DNA of 64,000 bases from Octopus sinensis (taxonomy: Eukaryota), in the NCBI RefSeq assembly GCF_006345805.1, contig NC_043001.1:18352001-18416000 (forward strand), read 5' to 3'. A program made the position numbers and the translations under genes. The notes under the pieces are model-generated. The model was not told the DNA's origin. It was given only the letters and a program-made list of their open reading frames with translations, and ran no database searches. This document shows positions 47,549-59,123 of this stretch, piece by piece. How positions within the stretch are numbered: the first letter of the stretch is position 1; every line of letters starts with the position of its first letter.

Positions 47549-49970
47549 TTATTTATTTTATTTTATCTAGTTTCAGCTCACGAGCTGTGGCCATGCTGGG
47601 GTACCGCCATTTGGTGTTGCTACATGATTTTGCTTCACGAATGCTTTTTAGCAATTGCCATTTGGTGCATAAGAGAGTTCGATGCAGCTGCCTTCATCTG
47701 CACCTCCTGCTGTGAAATTGGTTCATCTGGGACACCTGACAGGAAGAGATCCAGTTTTATTTGAAAGACATCTGCATCCACCCCATGCAGGTCTCTCAGG
47801 TCCTTCAGGAGGATATTGAAGAGCTGTGGGCCTCTGAAGCCCAGGCTATCACAGTATCTTGTCCTACATCTTGATGGCAAATTTGGAGTCCTTGGCACTA
47901 TGCAGTGGCACCCAGTTCTAGTATTTGTGTTACTCTCGATGCCAAAGTTTGGGACAAGTCCTTCCAGGATCTTCCAGATATATATTATGGCATATCTTTC
48001 TCGCCTACGCTCTAAGGAATAGAGTCTTAATCTCTTGAGTCTTTCCCATTAGCTTATATGCTGCACAGAGGCTATCTTCTTCGCGTAGCTTCGTTGAATC
48101 GCCTCAAGTTCTGTGATTAACTTGACACTTGATGGTGACCATAGCTGAGAGCAATAGTCAAAGTGGCTTAGGACAAGTGTCATCCAGAGGACCATCATGG
48201 TTTCCTGGTCTCTTGTTCTAAAGCTTCTAAGAATCCATCCGGTCAGTCGCCTACATTTCATTGCCAATTTAGCAACATGCACATGAAAGGTTGCATCATT
48301 ACTCATGTAAATACCCAGGTCGCGCACTGATTGTGCCTCTGGGATCGCAATCCCTCCAGGTCCAGTGTATTTATTGGGTATTACATTTAGTTTTGCATGC
48401 TGATAGCATAAAGCTTGAAACTTTTCTGCATTGAACTTCATGCTATTCTTTTCAGCCCACTTGTATATTTTGTCCAGTTCACATTGCAGGTGCATAGTGT
48501 CTTCAGGGTTCTGTATTACCTGTGAAACTTTTGTATCATCTGCATAACTTGTGATCGTGGCTCTCTGCGTGGCTGAGGGCATGTCTGAGAGGGCCATTAT
48601 GAACAGTAGTGGTCCCAAAGCAGTGCCTTGCGGAACACCGCTCACTATTTGCGTGTTAATGGAAGTGGCCCCATTGGCTACTACCACCTGGCTTCTATCC
48701 TTCAGAAAGTCATGAAGCCATTCTCCCAATTTTCCAACTATGCCAAGATCACGCAATTTGTGACATATCATTCCATGATCGACTTTATCAAAGGCCTTTG
48801 CAAAGTCGAGATATATGACTTCCACATTTGAGTGGTTGAGCAGTTGTTTCAGCACATAGTCATAGTGTTGTAGGAGCTGAGTTAGGCAGCTTCTTCCTGG
48901 TCGGAAACCATGTTGGGTGTGAGGCAGCAAGTCATTTTCTTCAAGGAAGGTGATTAGTTTCCTTCTGACTATTCGTTCCATGACCTTGCTGATGTGTGAG
49001 GTCAGAGAGATAGGTCTGTAGTTCTTGGCCTCCGCTCTGCTACCTCCTTTATGAATAGGCCATATTTTACCTTCCTTCAGTTTTCTTGGAAGTTTGCCAG
49101 TTGCAAGGAAGCTCTGAAAGAGGAACTGCAGTGGTCTTGCTAGGACTCTCTTACATACTTTTAGAAGGATTGCTGGGAATCTATCGGGGCCAGTAGCTGA
49201 GTTTGTTTTCATTTCGTCTATAGCCTTTATTACATCGTCTTCCTTTATATTGATGTAATCAATCATCGCTGCCTCTGATTTTATATCTGCAGTGGTAAAG
49301 AAGTCAGTTAGATTGCTGACTTGGAAATGCCCTAGGGGTGGAGTGAAATTACTCTTGAATTGCTCACTTAGTAATTCACTTATCCTCATTGGATTTCCTG
49401 TGAGTGTGCCATCCTTTTCAAGGAGTGGCCCTATCCCACAGTGCACCGTAGCTGTTTCTTTGGCATACCTGTAGAAAGCTCTGGGGTTAGATTTTATGTT
49501 GTCTATAGCCCAGGCTTCTTTGTCTGCTCTTTCTTTTTCATGGGAGAATTGCAGACATTTTTCAATTTCCAACAGTTTTATTTTCAGGCGGGACTTTTCA
49601 CTGCTTTCAATTTGTTTGTTTAGGCGATTTGAAACATTTGTACGCGGTCCCATTAGAATTTTCCTCTGTCTGGGGATTTTGTTCTTGTGTACAGTGGCCT
49701 TTCTCTCTGGGACACATTTGTAGCATATGGCTTGCATTACAGGCATGAATTGTTGAAGTTTCATGTCGATGTCTGGCGAGGAGAGACATTCAGGCAAGTT
49801 TTGTTTGAGGATCTCTTTCTCAATTTGTTTCCAGTTTGCCTTATGGAAGTTCAAGCTAGAAAGATTCTGAGAGTTTCTTGTAGACTGCATGTCCATGCTT
49901 TCCTTTCGTCCGTACATGGTCAGCTCTACCATGTTGTGATTCGAGAGTAGTGTCGGTGTCACTTTCACAC
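47549..49970 (-). mobile_element. LINE-C copy 9, longest and least degraded (2.4 kb)
   Basis: No internal deletions; TSD TATTTGAT at 47541-47548 and 49971-49978; 3' stem-loop and (TAAAA)n tail. Confidence 0.95.
48049..49968 (-). pseudogene. LINE-C ORF2 fragment, 639 aa: end of APE domain + complete RT core
   Basis: Motifs GPDRFP, NYRPISLTS, QHGFRPGRSCLTQLL, YLDFAKAFDKVDH, SGVPQG..LGPLLF and YADD. Ends at a premature in-frame TAA (48049-48051); the same frame continues WERLKRLRLYSLERRRERY...LDLFLSGVPDEP to 47635. No real start codon (5'-truncated). Confidence 0.9.
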
Positions 49971-50006
49971 TATTTGATATTTATAAGTAAAAGATTTCTT
50001 CAGCTG

Positions 50007-50633
50007 TCCTCGGTAGTATAGTGGTAAGTATCCCCGCCTGTCACGCGGGAGACCGGGGTTCGATTCCCCGCCGGGGAGGCATCTTAATTTTATTGCAAAC
50101 ATTTTAAACTTTTTAATATATTTATTTGATATTTATAAGTAAAAGGTTTCATCAGCTGTCCTCGGTAGTATAGTGGTAAGTATCCCCGCCTGTCACGCGG
50201 GAGACCGGGTTTCGATTCCCCGCCGGGGAGGCATCGTAATTTTATTGCAAATATGTAAAACTAGAACTTTTTAATATATTTATTTGATATTTATAAGTAA
50301 AAGGTTTCATCAGCTGTCCTCGGTAGTATAGTGGTAAGTATCCCCGCCTGTCACGCGGGAGACCGGGATTGGATTCCCCGCCGGGGAGGCATCGTAATTT
50401 TATTGCAAATATTTAAAACTAAAACTTTTTAATATATTTATTTGATATTTATAAGTAAAATGTTTCATCAGCTGTCCTCGGTAGTATAGTGGTAAGTATC
50501 CCCGCCTGTCACGCGGGAGACCGTGGTTCGATTCCCCGCGGGGAGGCATCTTAACTTTATTGCTAACATTTTAAGCTAAAACTTTTTAATATAATTATTT
50601 GATATTTATAAAAGGTTTCTTCATCTGTCCTCG
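50007..50633 (+). tRNA. tRNA-Asp: tRNA-Asp x4 (50007, 50159, 50317, 50475) plus 6-nt stub TCCTCG at 50628-50633
   Basis: Consensus match; array ends inside the stub. Confidence 0.9.
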
Positions 50634-53600
50634 TGAATCGATTTAGCAAATGGAAACTGAAAGAAGCCCATTTTATATCTGTGTATGTGTGTGTGTGTGT
50701 GTGCTTGTCTGTGTTTGTCCCCAGCTGCTGCCTGACAACCAGTGTTGGTTTGTTTACATCCTCTTACCTTAAGGGTTCAGCAAAAGAGACCCACAGAATA
50801 AGTACTAGGCTTTAAAAATAAATAATAAATACTGGAGTTGATTTGCTGGATAAAATTCTTCAAGGTGATGCCCCAGTATGGCCATAGTTTAATGACTGAA
50901 AGAAGTAAGATGTCAAGGTGGCGAGCTGGCAGAAACGTTATCACGCTGGGCGAAATGCGTAGCCGTATTTCGGCTGCCGCTACGTCTGAGTTCAAATTCC
51001 GCCGAGGTCGACTTTGCCTTTCATCCTTTCGGGGTCGATTAAATAAGTACCAGTTACGCACTGGGATCAATGTAATCGACTTAATCCGTTTGTCTGTCCT
51101 TGTTTGTCCCGTCTGTGTTTTGCCCCTTGTGGGTAGTAAAGAAAATAGCTATTTCGTCTGCAGCTACGTTCTGAGTTCAAATTCCGCCGAGGTCGACTTT
51201 GTCTTTCATCGTTTCGGGGTCGATAAATTAAGTACCCGTTACGCACTGTGGTCGATGTAATCGACTTAATCCCTTTGTCTGTCCTTGTTTGTCCTCTCTG
51301 TGTTTAGCCCCTTGTGGGTAGTAAAGAAATAGGTTCGTCTGCCGTTACATTATGAGTTCAAATTCCGCCGAGGTCAACTTTGCCTTTCATCCTTTCGGGG
51401 TCGATAAATTAAGTACCAGTTACACACTGGTGTTGATATAATCGATTTAATCCTCTTGTCAGTCCTTGTTTGTCCTCTCTGTGTTTAACCCCTTGTGGGT
51501 AATAAAGAAATATGAAACAAGTAAAACAAATGAAATGATAAAAAATAAACCCATAAAATACGTTTGCTAAGAAGTAATGTAAGAGTTGTCTCCCTTACAA
51601 TTATTTGCACTGAATACAAGATCTGGACGAATGCCCTCATATTCATTCTCATTATGTCTCAGCAGGTTTAAATGCAAAACAATGCAAGTCACTGTTGTAT
51701 ACATCACAGGAGAAATAGTCTTTTTTACAACAACACTGTGTTCAACAACTGGGCTCATTGGTGCTCAGGATTGTGTGACATCGACGCAGGAGCGGCTGTG
51801 TGTAAGTAGCTTGCTTACCAACCACATGGCTCCGGGTTCAGTCCCACTGCATGACACCTTCGGCAAGTGTTTTCTACTATATAACCTTAGGCCAACCAAA
51901 GACTTGTGAGTGAATATATATAAATATATATGTACATATTTGTGTGTGTGTGTCTGTGTTTGTCCCCACCACCGTCGCTTGTCAACCGATGTTGGTGTGT
52001 TTACGTCCCCGTAACTTAGCGGTTCGGCAAAAGAGACCGATAGAATAAGTACTAGGCTTACAAAAGAATAAGCCCTGGGGTCGATTTGTTTGACTAGGCG
52101 GTGCTCCAGCATGGCCACATAAAGCGGCGAGCTGGCAGAAACGTTAGCACGCCGGGTGAAATGCTTAGCGGTATTTCGTTTGCCGCTCCGTTCGGAGTAC
52201 AAATTCTGCTGAGGTCGACTTTGCCTTTCATCCTTTCGGGGTCGATAAATTAAGTACCAGTTACGCACTGGGGTCGATGTAATCCACTTAATCCGCTTGT
52301 CTGTCCTTGTTTGTCCCCTCTGTGTTTAGCCCCTTGTGGGTAATAAAGAAATAGGTATTTCGTCTGCCTCTCCGTTCGCAGTTCAAATTCTGCAGAGGTC
52401 GACTTTGCCTTTCATCTTTTCGGGGTCGATAAATTAAGTACCAGTTACGCACTGGGGTCGATATAATCGACTTAATCCGTTTGTCTGTCCTTGTTTGTCT
52501 CCTCTGTGTTTAGCCCCTTGTGAGAAGTAAAGAAATAAATAAGTGCTCCAGCATGACCACAGTGAAATGACTGAAACAAAAACAAATAAAAAATCAGGTT
52601 TTCAACATGTGTCATAACATGTGTCTCAAAGGTCCAGGTACTTCTGACGATGAGACACAACATGTGGCAACGCCAGTGTTCCAGAATCCTGTGCACCAAT
52701 GAGCCGGGTGTGTTGGACACACAGCTGTTGTAAAAGAGAGAAGTTATTCTCCTATGATGTACATTACAGTGGCCAGTATCTTTTGGGTTTGAACCAGTCT
52801 AGACAAACTAAGAAAAAATAGTGAAATGTAATAAATGGCAGGCTTGGGAAGTATGTAAAACGTTCAAAAAGTTCTTGGACTATTTCTGCAGCATGCCAAC
52901 ATAGGCGCAGGCATGGCTGTGTGGTAAGAAGCTTGCTTATCAACCACATGGTTCTGGGTTCAGTCCCACAGCGTGGCACCTTGGGGAAGTATCTTCTACT
53001 ATAGCCTCGGGCTGGCCAGAGCCTTGTAAGTGGATTTGGTAGACTGAAACTGAAAGAAGCCCGGTGTATATATTTATATATATATGTGGAGGTGCAATGG
53101 CCCAGTGGTTAGCGCAGCAGACTCGCGGTTTCGATTCCCAGACCGGGTGTTGTGAGTGTTTATTGAGTGAAAACACCTAAAGGTCCACGAGGTTCCGGCA
53201 GAGGGTGGTGTTGATCCCTGCTGTACTCTTTCACCACTACTTTCTCTCACTCTTCCTTCTGTTGGCCTGCTCGCTTAGCCATCGGGGTGGCGTCATTTGA
53301 AGGCTAAAACAATGTGAAGCGCATTGTGACCAGCGATGTGTAGCAACATCTGATAGCCTGGTCGGTCACGGTGATATATATATATCAAAAGACGAAGACA
53401 GGTGGTGTAGAAAACAAACAGATGTATTAGTATAATGCTCAGGAATTGAAAAAGTCTTTAACGTTTCGATCCTACGCTCTTCCACAAAAAGGGACACAGA
53501 AAGAAATAAGGAGAGAAAAATGTGTGTAATGGCTAGCGATCTATCATGGTGTGTGTGTCTGTTTGTCCCTACCACCATTGCTTGTCAAGCGATGTTGGTG

Positions 53601-53890
53601 TGTTTACGTCCCCGTAACTTAGCATTTCGGCAAAAGATACTGATATATATATATATGTGTGTGTGTGTGTGTTTGTGTGCGTATATGTTTGTGTGTCTGT
53701 GTTTGTCCCTGACACCATCGCTTGACAACCGATGTTGGTATGTTTACATCCCTGTAACTTAGCGGTTTGGCAAAAGAAACTGATAGAATAAGTACTAGGC
53801 TTACAACGAATAAGTACTGGGGTTGATTTGTTTGTCTAAAGGCACTGCTCCAGCATGACCACAGTCAAATGACTGAAACTAGTAAATATA
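50634..53890 (+). mobile_element. Dense cluster of SINE copies/fragments and tandem ~180-bp SINE-associated units
   Basis: Family-1 heads at ~51784 and ~52905; tails at ~50870, 52100, 52545 and 53840; GAGTTCAAATTCCGCCGAGGTCGACTTTGCCTTTCATCC unit x3 at ~50990-51510 and x2 at ~52190-52535; family-2 SINE at ~53087-53370. Confidence 0.8.
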
Positions 53891-54039
53891 GTTATTTAAA
53901 GTTTTATATATAGCTAGAAGGATGAGAAGTTTGCTTTGCTATTGCATGGTTCCAAGTTCAATCCTGTCGTGCAGTTACTTTTTTCATCTGCTGACCAAGG
54001 CCTTGAAAATCTTATTTATTTGACAAAATCTGTGCAAAA

Positions 54040-54365
54040 GCTTGTTGCATGGTTCTTCATGACAACAAGCTCATCTCACTTGTAAGTTTCTCACCAACAA
54101 TATCATGGTATTGCTTTCACACCTGCTCTATTCCCCAGATTTAGCACCTTGCAAACTTCCATCTCTTCCCCAAGATGAAAATTCAGCTCAAGGTCACCGT
54201 TTTAACACTGTTGTCAGTATCCGGAGTGAATCACAAAAGATCCTTTCTTGCTCACAGAAAACAACTTCTAGGCTGGATTCCAAAAGTGGTAGGAACACTG
54301 AGACCAGTGTATTGCTGTGCAAGGTGACTATTTCAAAGGAGATAATGCTAAAATTTAGGTAAATA
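54040..54365 (+). mobile_element. Mariner transposase C-terminal remnant
   Basis: Translation contains HLLYSPDLAPC, matching the mariner HPPYSPDLAP motif; frameshifted afterwards. Confidence 0.75.
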
Positions 54366-54609
54366 AGTTAATTTTTATTAGTCCTGCAATTTTTTGATAT
54401 CACCTCCATTTAATTGAACAATGCAATCATTTCATTACATCAGTTTAAAATGTAGAGAAATCTTCAGCTGCACAAAGACATAGAATTTGGCATTTATTGT
54501 AAATGTTTAACAGTTGTTCACAGAAGTGATCAGCAAGATGACAGCCAGCTTCAATAAATCTATGGCCAACATTGAAAAAAACACACAGAAATAATAAAAG
54601 AATAATACA

Positions 54610-54615
54610 TTTATT
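54610..54615 (-). promoter_or_regulatory. Candidate AGA polyadenylation signal AATAAA
   Basis: TTTATT on + strand ~160 nt past the AGA stop codon. Confidence 0.45.
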
Positions 54616-54774
54616 TCACTTGTTTTATAAGATACTAGCACCATTCTTCGGCTTCTTTCCTCATGATTAAAATGTGTGGTTAGTTGATGTTCTCATCTTC
54701 ACTGGCGTCATTGTGGAATTTTCTTTTCGAACATCTCATGTCGGTAAATGCGCTTTGGTAAATGTTGTTTTGGG

Positions 54775-54884
54775 TCAAAATTGGAAAGTTTTAGAACATT
54801 TTATTCTGAAAACAGTTGAGTTTTCCAATGAAGGATTTGTGACTGTGTACCAAACTGATCCACCAAAATTATGACAGGCTGCAC
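54775..54884 (-). CDS. AGA: Aspartylglucosaminidase, last coding exon: (G)AACHNFGGSVWYTVTNPSLENSTVFRIKCSKTFQF*
   Basis: Acceptor ttcag at 54885-54889; phase 1 fits the upstream exon; GAAC motif as at the AGA C-terminus. Confidence 0.85.
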
Positions 54885-56099
54885 CTGAAGGGAGAAACAA
54901 GAAAAGCAAACAATGTTTTGAGGACTTTCCTGGCAATGATTTAATACTTGTAAATGTTTGTTGCATAATAGGTTATTGGTTGGCATTCCCAGATTTCACA
55001 CAGGTATCCCAAGTTTGTTTCCAAACAAAACAATGAATATTTAAGGGAACAGAGATTTTAAAAATTACTGGCTGAGTCTGGGGGAAGGAGCAAGTGCCAA
55101 TGGCCTTTGCAGGTTCTCCTTGACCAGCGAGAGTGATGCCATTGAAGATTTGTAAATTAACACTTACAGGGAAATAAGTCCACAGAGAGCTGTTCCAAGA
55201 GAAAAGGACTGGACATGGCGTAGTGTTTAGAGTGAGACCTGGGGATAGGATACAGCAAGGGTGGGGGCAGGAAGAAAATTAATGGAGTGGGAGAGCTGCT
55301 GAGTTGGGGGAGGGCATGAGCCCAGCTAGACTGAGGGGCAGAGACCTTTTATAGTATCAGCAGAAAAAGTGATGTGTCTAAATACAAAATATATGTAAAA
55401 CAAGCTTCTTTCAGTTTGTGTCAACCAAATTCACTCATAAGGCATTGGTCAGCCCAGGGCTGTTGTAGAAGACATTTGACCAAGGTACCATGCAGTGAGA
55501 CTGAATACAAGATCACATGATTGGTAAGCAAGCTTCTTACCCACACAGTCGCACCTGTACATTGGACATAAAATGGCTGATACTGGCACTGTGCCAGGAG
55601 TTCGTTACAGATGGTTCTGGTAGTAGAGATAGGACAAAAAAAAAAGCAAACTAGGGATTAATTTTAGTTCAAAAATGTTCTGTGAATGCTGAGCCTTAAA
55701 TGACTTGACTAAAAGACACAATAAATGTTGAACTGCACCTATATCAATCCCTTGTAACCATTAAAAAGAAAGATGATGATCCATGAAGAAATTATTATGC
55801 ATAGGAAGGGCATCTAGCCATAGAAACCATACCAAAGTAGATAATGGAACATGATGCAATCCTTGGACCCATTAGATCCTGTCAAAGTATCCAACCCATG
55901 CCAGCATGGGACAAGGGACGTTAGATGATGATGATAATGATGATGATGATGAAATGTTATTTACCTCTAGGTCAGTCCTGGTCAAGATGACCTATGAGCA
56001 TAGCATTTTTTCTAGTGGTAGAATGTGATTTGAGGGAGATCTGGTTTCTATTTCTAGCAGGTTGAGTGCTGACATAGAGATGGCTCTGCAGACTCATTT

Positions 56100-56425
56100 G
56101 TGAACGTTTGCATACAGCTATGTGTGTGTATGTGTATGTGTGATTATGCACATGTATACATCTGTGAGTGTGTGTGCATGCACGAATGTATGTGCATGTG
56201 TATCTTTTATCATATTCTGTTCAATTCTTTTACCAATACTCTTGTGTATGTGTGTGCATATGGATGTGTGCATGTGCATTCACATTTCTATGTATGTGTG
56301 TGTGCACAGGTGACTGTGTGTATATGCATATGTGTGTGTATTTGTATGTTTATATACATTTCTGCATACACAAATATGTATGTGTACGTGTGTGTGTGTG
56401 TGTGTGTGTGTGTGCATATGTCTGT
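56100..56425. repeat. Degenerate (TG)n/(TGTA)n microsatellite
   Basis: Direct inspection. Confidence 0.9.
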
Positions 56426-56794
56426 GTGTTAGATTCCACCTAAAAAGACAAACAGAGCTAGAGAAGAGGTGCCTGAGTAAGAAAGTGTTTGATGAAAGAT
56501 GGAAGAATGTCGTGAAAAAAAAGGACCCTCATGAATGTGAGATAAGCCTAAAAAAAAAGAGGAAAAAACCCAAAGTCAGTGTCGTGGTGGGGCTTGTGGG
56601 GTCCGTAATCCCGCCCCACTCCATCTGTGAAATTGTACTGTACAGTGTCTTATCATCCGTAAACTATAACCATGTATAAATTTTTAACAGACCCCATATG
56701 CATGTTTAATGTCAAATCATTGTGATGGTTCCGTTTTCTTTCTATGTATAACCTTTATGGTGAATAAAGAAAAATCTCTTCTAATCATACCTAC

Positions 56795-56928
56795 CATATT
56801 CACCAGTGATGGTGGTAGCCACAAGTGCGCCGTTAAAATTTGGGTATTTCTTGATTATGGGAAGCAAAGCTTTTCTCGTTGCTTCTGTTGGACTTAAACC
56901 CTCTTGCATCAAGAGAACAGCATGGAAG
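56795..56928 (-). CDS. AGA: AGA exon, 134 bp: (S)FHAVLLMQEGLSPTEATRKALLPIIKKYPNFNGALVATTITGEY(G)
   Basis: AG acceptor 56929-56930, GTAGGT donor at 56794; phases 2/1 consistent with neighbours. Confidence 0.9.
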
Positions 56929-57639
56929 CTGAAAGAACACAATGGAAAAAGGAACATTGGGTGCATTAAGAAAAAAATGGTTATGTTGAAATACATTGAG
57001 CTGTCAGATAAACTTGTTTCTTTTTTCCCCTATTAATTGGGCACAGGTAGTGGCTGTGTCGTAAGAGGCTTGCTTCCCAACCACATGGTTCTGAGTTCAG
57101 TACCACTGTGTGACACCTTGGGCAAGTGTATTTTATTTCAGCTTCAGACCAACCAAAGCCTTGTGAGTGGATTTGGTAGATGGAAGCTGAAAGAAGCCCC
57201 ATTGTTTTGGGATCTCCACTACTTTATTATCTCCCCTTCTTCCTAGATCTCCTGTCTGACCACATCTGTCCAGCCATCACCATAATTGACCACTAGCTAC
57301 TAAAACTTTCTTTTTTTATTCTCTCTTTCTGTTTATTTCTGTGTTCCTTTCTGTTGAAGAGCATAGGCTTGAAACATAAAAGACTTTCTTACCTTCCCGA
57401 GCGTTAAACTAATACACCTGTATGTGGTTACACACCTGTCTTCATCTTTTGTTTTTGTAAATTCTAACTATATATATATAGTAAAAAGCACCCACTACAC
57501 TCACGGAGTGGTTGGCGTTAGGAAGGGCATCCAGCCGTAGAAACACTGCCAGATTTGACTGGGCCTGATGAAGCCTTCTGGCTTCACAGACCCCAGTAGA
57601 ACCGTCCAACCCATGCTAGCATGGAAAACGGACGCTAAA

Positions 57640-57744
57640 CGATGATGATGATGATGATGATATATATATATATATATATATATACATTATATCATTATAT
57701 ACATATGTGTATATATATATATATATATAATTTATATATATGTT

Positions 57745-57778
<34 letters not shown>

Positions 57779-57782
57779 TGTT

Positions 57783-57816
<34 letters not shown>

Positions 57817-57849
57817 TGTTTATATATACATATATATATATATATTGTT

Positions 57850-57913
<64 letters not shown>

Positions 57914-57954
57914 TGTATATATATATATACATTATATCATTATATACATATGTG

Positions 57955-58015
<61 letters not shown>

Positions 58016-58017
58016 GT

Positions 58018-58050
<33 letters not shown>

Positions 58051-58053
58051 GTT

Positions 58054-58084
<31 letters not shown>

Positions 58085-58085
58085 T

Positions 58086-58130
<45 letters not shown>

Positions 58131-58145
58131 GTAGTATGATGTATG

Positions 58146-58190
<45 letters not shown>
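57640..58190. repeat. (GAT)n followed by compound (AT)n microsatellite with internal ~245-bp duplication
   Basis: TACATTATATCATTATATACATATGTG occurs at ~57682 and ~57926. Confidence 0.9.
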
Positions 58191-58191
<1 letters not shown>

Positions 58192-58596
58192 CCTGTGTGT
58201 CTCCCCTGCCTACCACACTGCTTGACAACAGGTGTTGGTTTGTTTATGTCCCCATAACTTAGCAATTCCATGAAATAAAGCAACATAATAAATATCAAGC
58301 TTAAGCCAAAAAAAAACCCAAAAAACACTGTGGTTGATTCATCCAACTTAAAATTCTTCAAGGTGTTGCCCTAGCATGGCCACAGTCTAACGACTGAAAC
58401 AAGTCAAAAGATAAAAGATTTATTTTAATTCTTTCCACTGTTATTTGGATTAACATGAAAAATATTTTAATCCAAGTGTTTTATGGATTATTTGTAGTTC
58501 TGTTCTTCACTCACAACTTTTATTTATAGCTTTTGAAATTTGAATAAATTTTTACCTCTTTTCATCTGATAACCCAAGAGTTGATCTCAAGATTGG

Positions 58597-59123
58597 TACC
58601 ATAAATCCTCGAGTATAGTCCGCACTTGAGTATAATACACAGGGGATTTTTAGGGGGCTGTACCTCTGAAAAACCTAAGCCTTGTGTATAATACGCACCC
58701 CTTCTTCAACTTGAGTTGTGCGTAATTAAGCCAGCAGCACCTAGTCGAACAAACACTTCCGTGCATGCGTAACACAATAATGGTGATGTTCTTAACTGTT
58801 ATATGGGAATGTAAATATGTTTGCAAATTGTTTTTGTTACATGTTATTCTGTGTTCTGAATACTTTTATTTTAATAAATGTTGCTTACTGCAAGTTATGG
58901 ATGATTCTTTTATTACTTCATTGCTTTCAAGCTTAGCTGAAAATATTTTCATGCCCAGCATCACAAAATGTGTCTGAATAAACATTGTTGGACAGCAAAT
59001 AGAGACTCGGACATTGCTTAGAAAATATCATTCATTTTTAACCTTGTATAGAGTATGCACTATGGATTTTGACCATTAAATGTTGGGAAAAAAAATGCGG
59101 ATTATACTCAAGGATTTATGGTA
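58597..59123. mobile_element. Tc1/mariner-type MITE
   Basis: TIRs (TA)CCATAAATCCTCGAGTATAGTCCGCA / TGCGGATTATACTCAAGGATTTATGG(TA) with TA at both ends. Confidence 0.8.

Larger units (their letters stand above)
5206..50633 (+). repeat. tRNA-Asp(GTC) tandem gene array, ~83 copies, 158-bp monomer, with TE-containing higher-order repeats
   Basis: Consensus TCCTCGGTAGTATAGTGGTAAGTATCCCCGCCTGTCACGCGGGAGACCGGGGTTCGATTCCCCGCCGGGGAG repeats with an 86-bp AT-rich spacer; starts at 6058, 6216 and 6374 give the 158-bp period. Confidence 0.97.

Noticed and set aside
19676-49950. Repeated plus-strand ORFs (MRNTAHYL..., MHRSCFFG..., MLSIAQAS..., MYSGLSLW...)
   Set aside because: These are opposite-strand shadows of LINE-C; they are identical only because the unit is duplicated
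47549-49970. LINE-C as an active element that inserted nine times site-specifically
   Set aside because: All copies share the same 5' truncation, TSD and nested lesions, which indicates one insertion amplified by tandem duplication; even copy 9 lacks most of the APE domain and has a stop
5206-50633. CRISPR-like appearance (conserved repeat with AT-rich spacers)
   Set aside because: The repeat is a 72-bp canonical eukaryotic tRNA, the spacers are homologous to each other, and there are no cas genes
56100-58225. Long Cys/Val and Tyr/Ile-rich ORFs
   Set aside because: These are translations of (TG)n and (AT)n microsatellites
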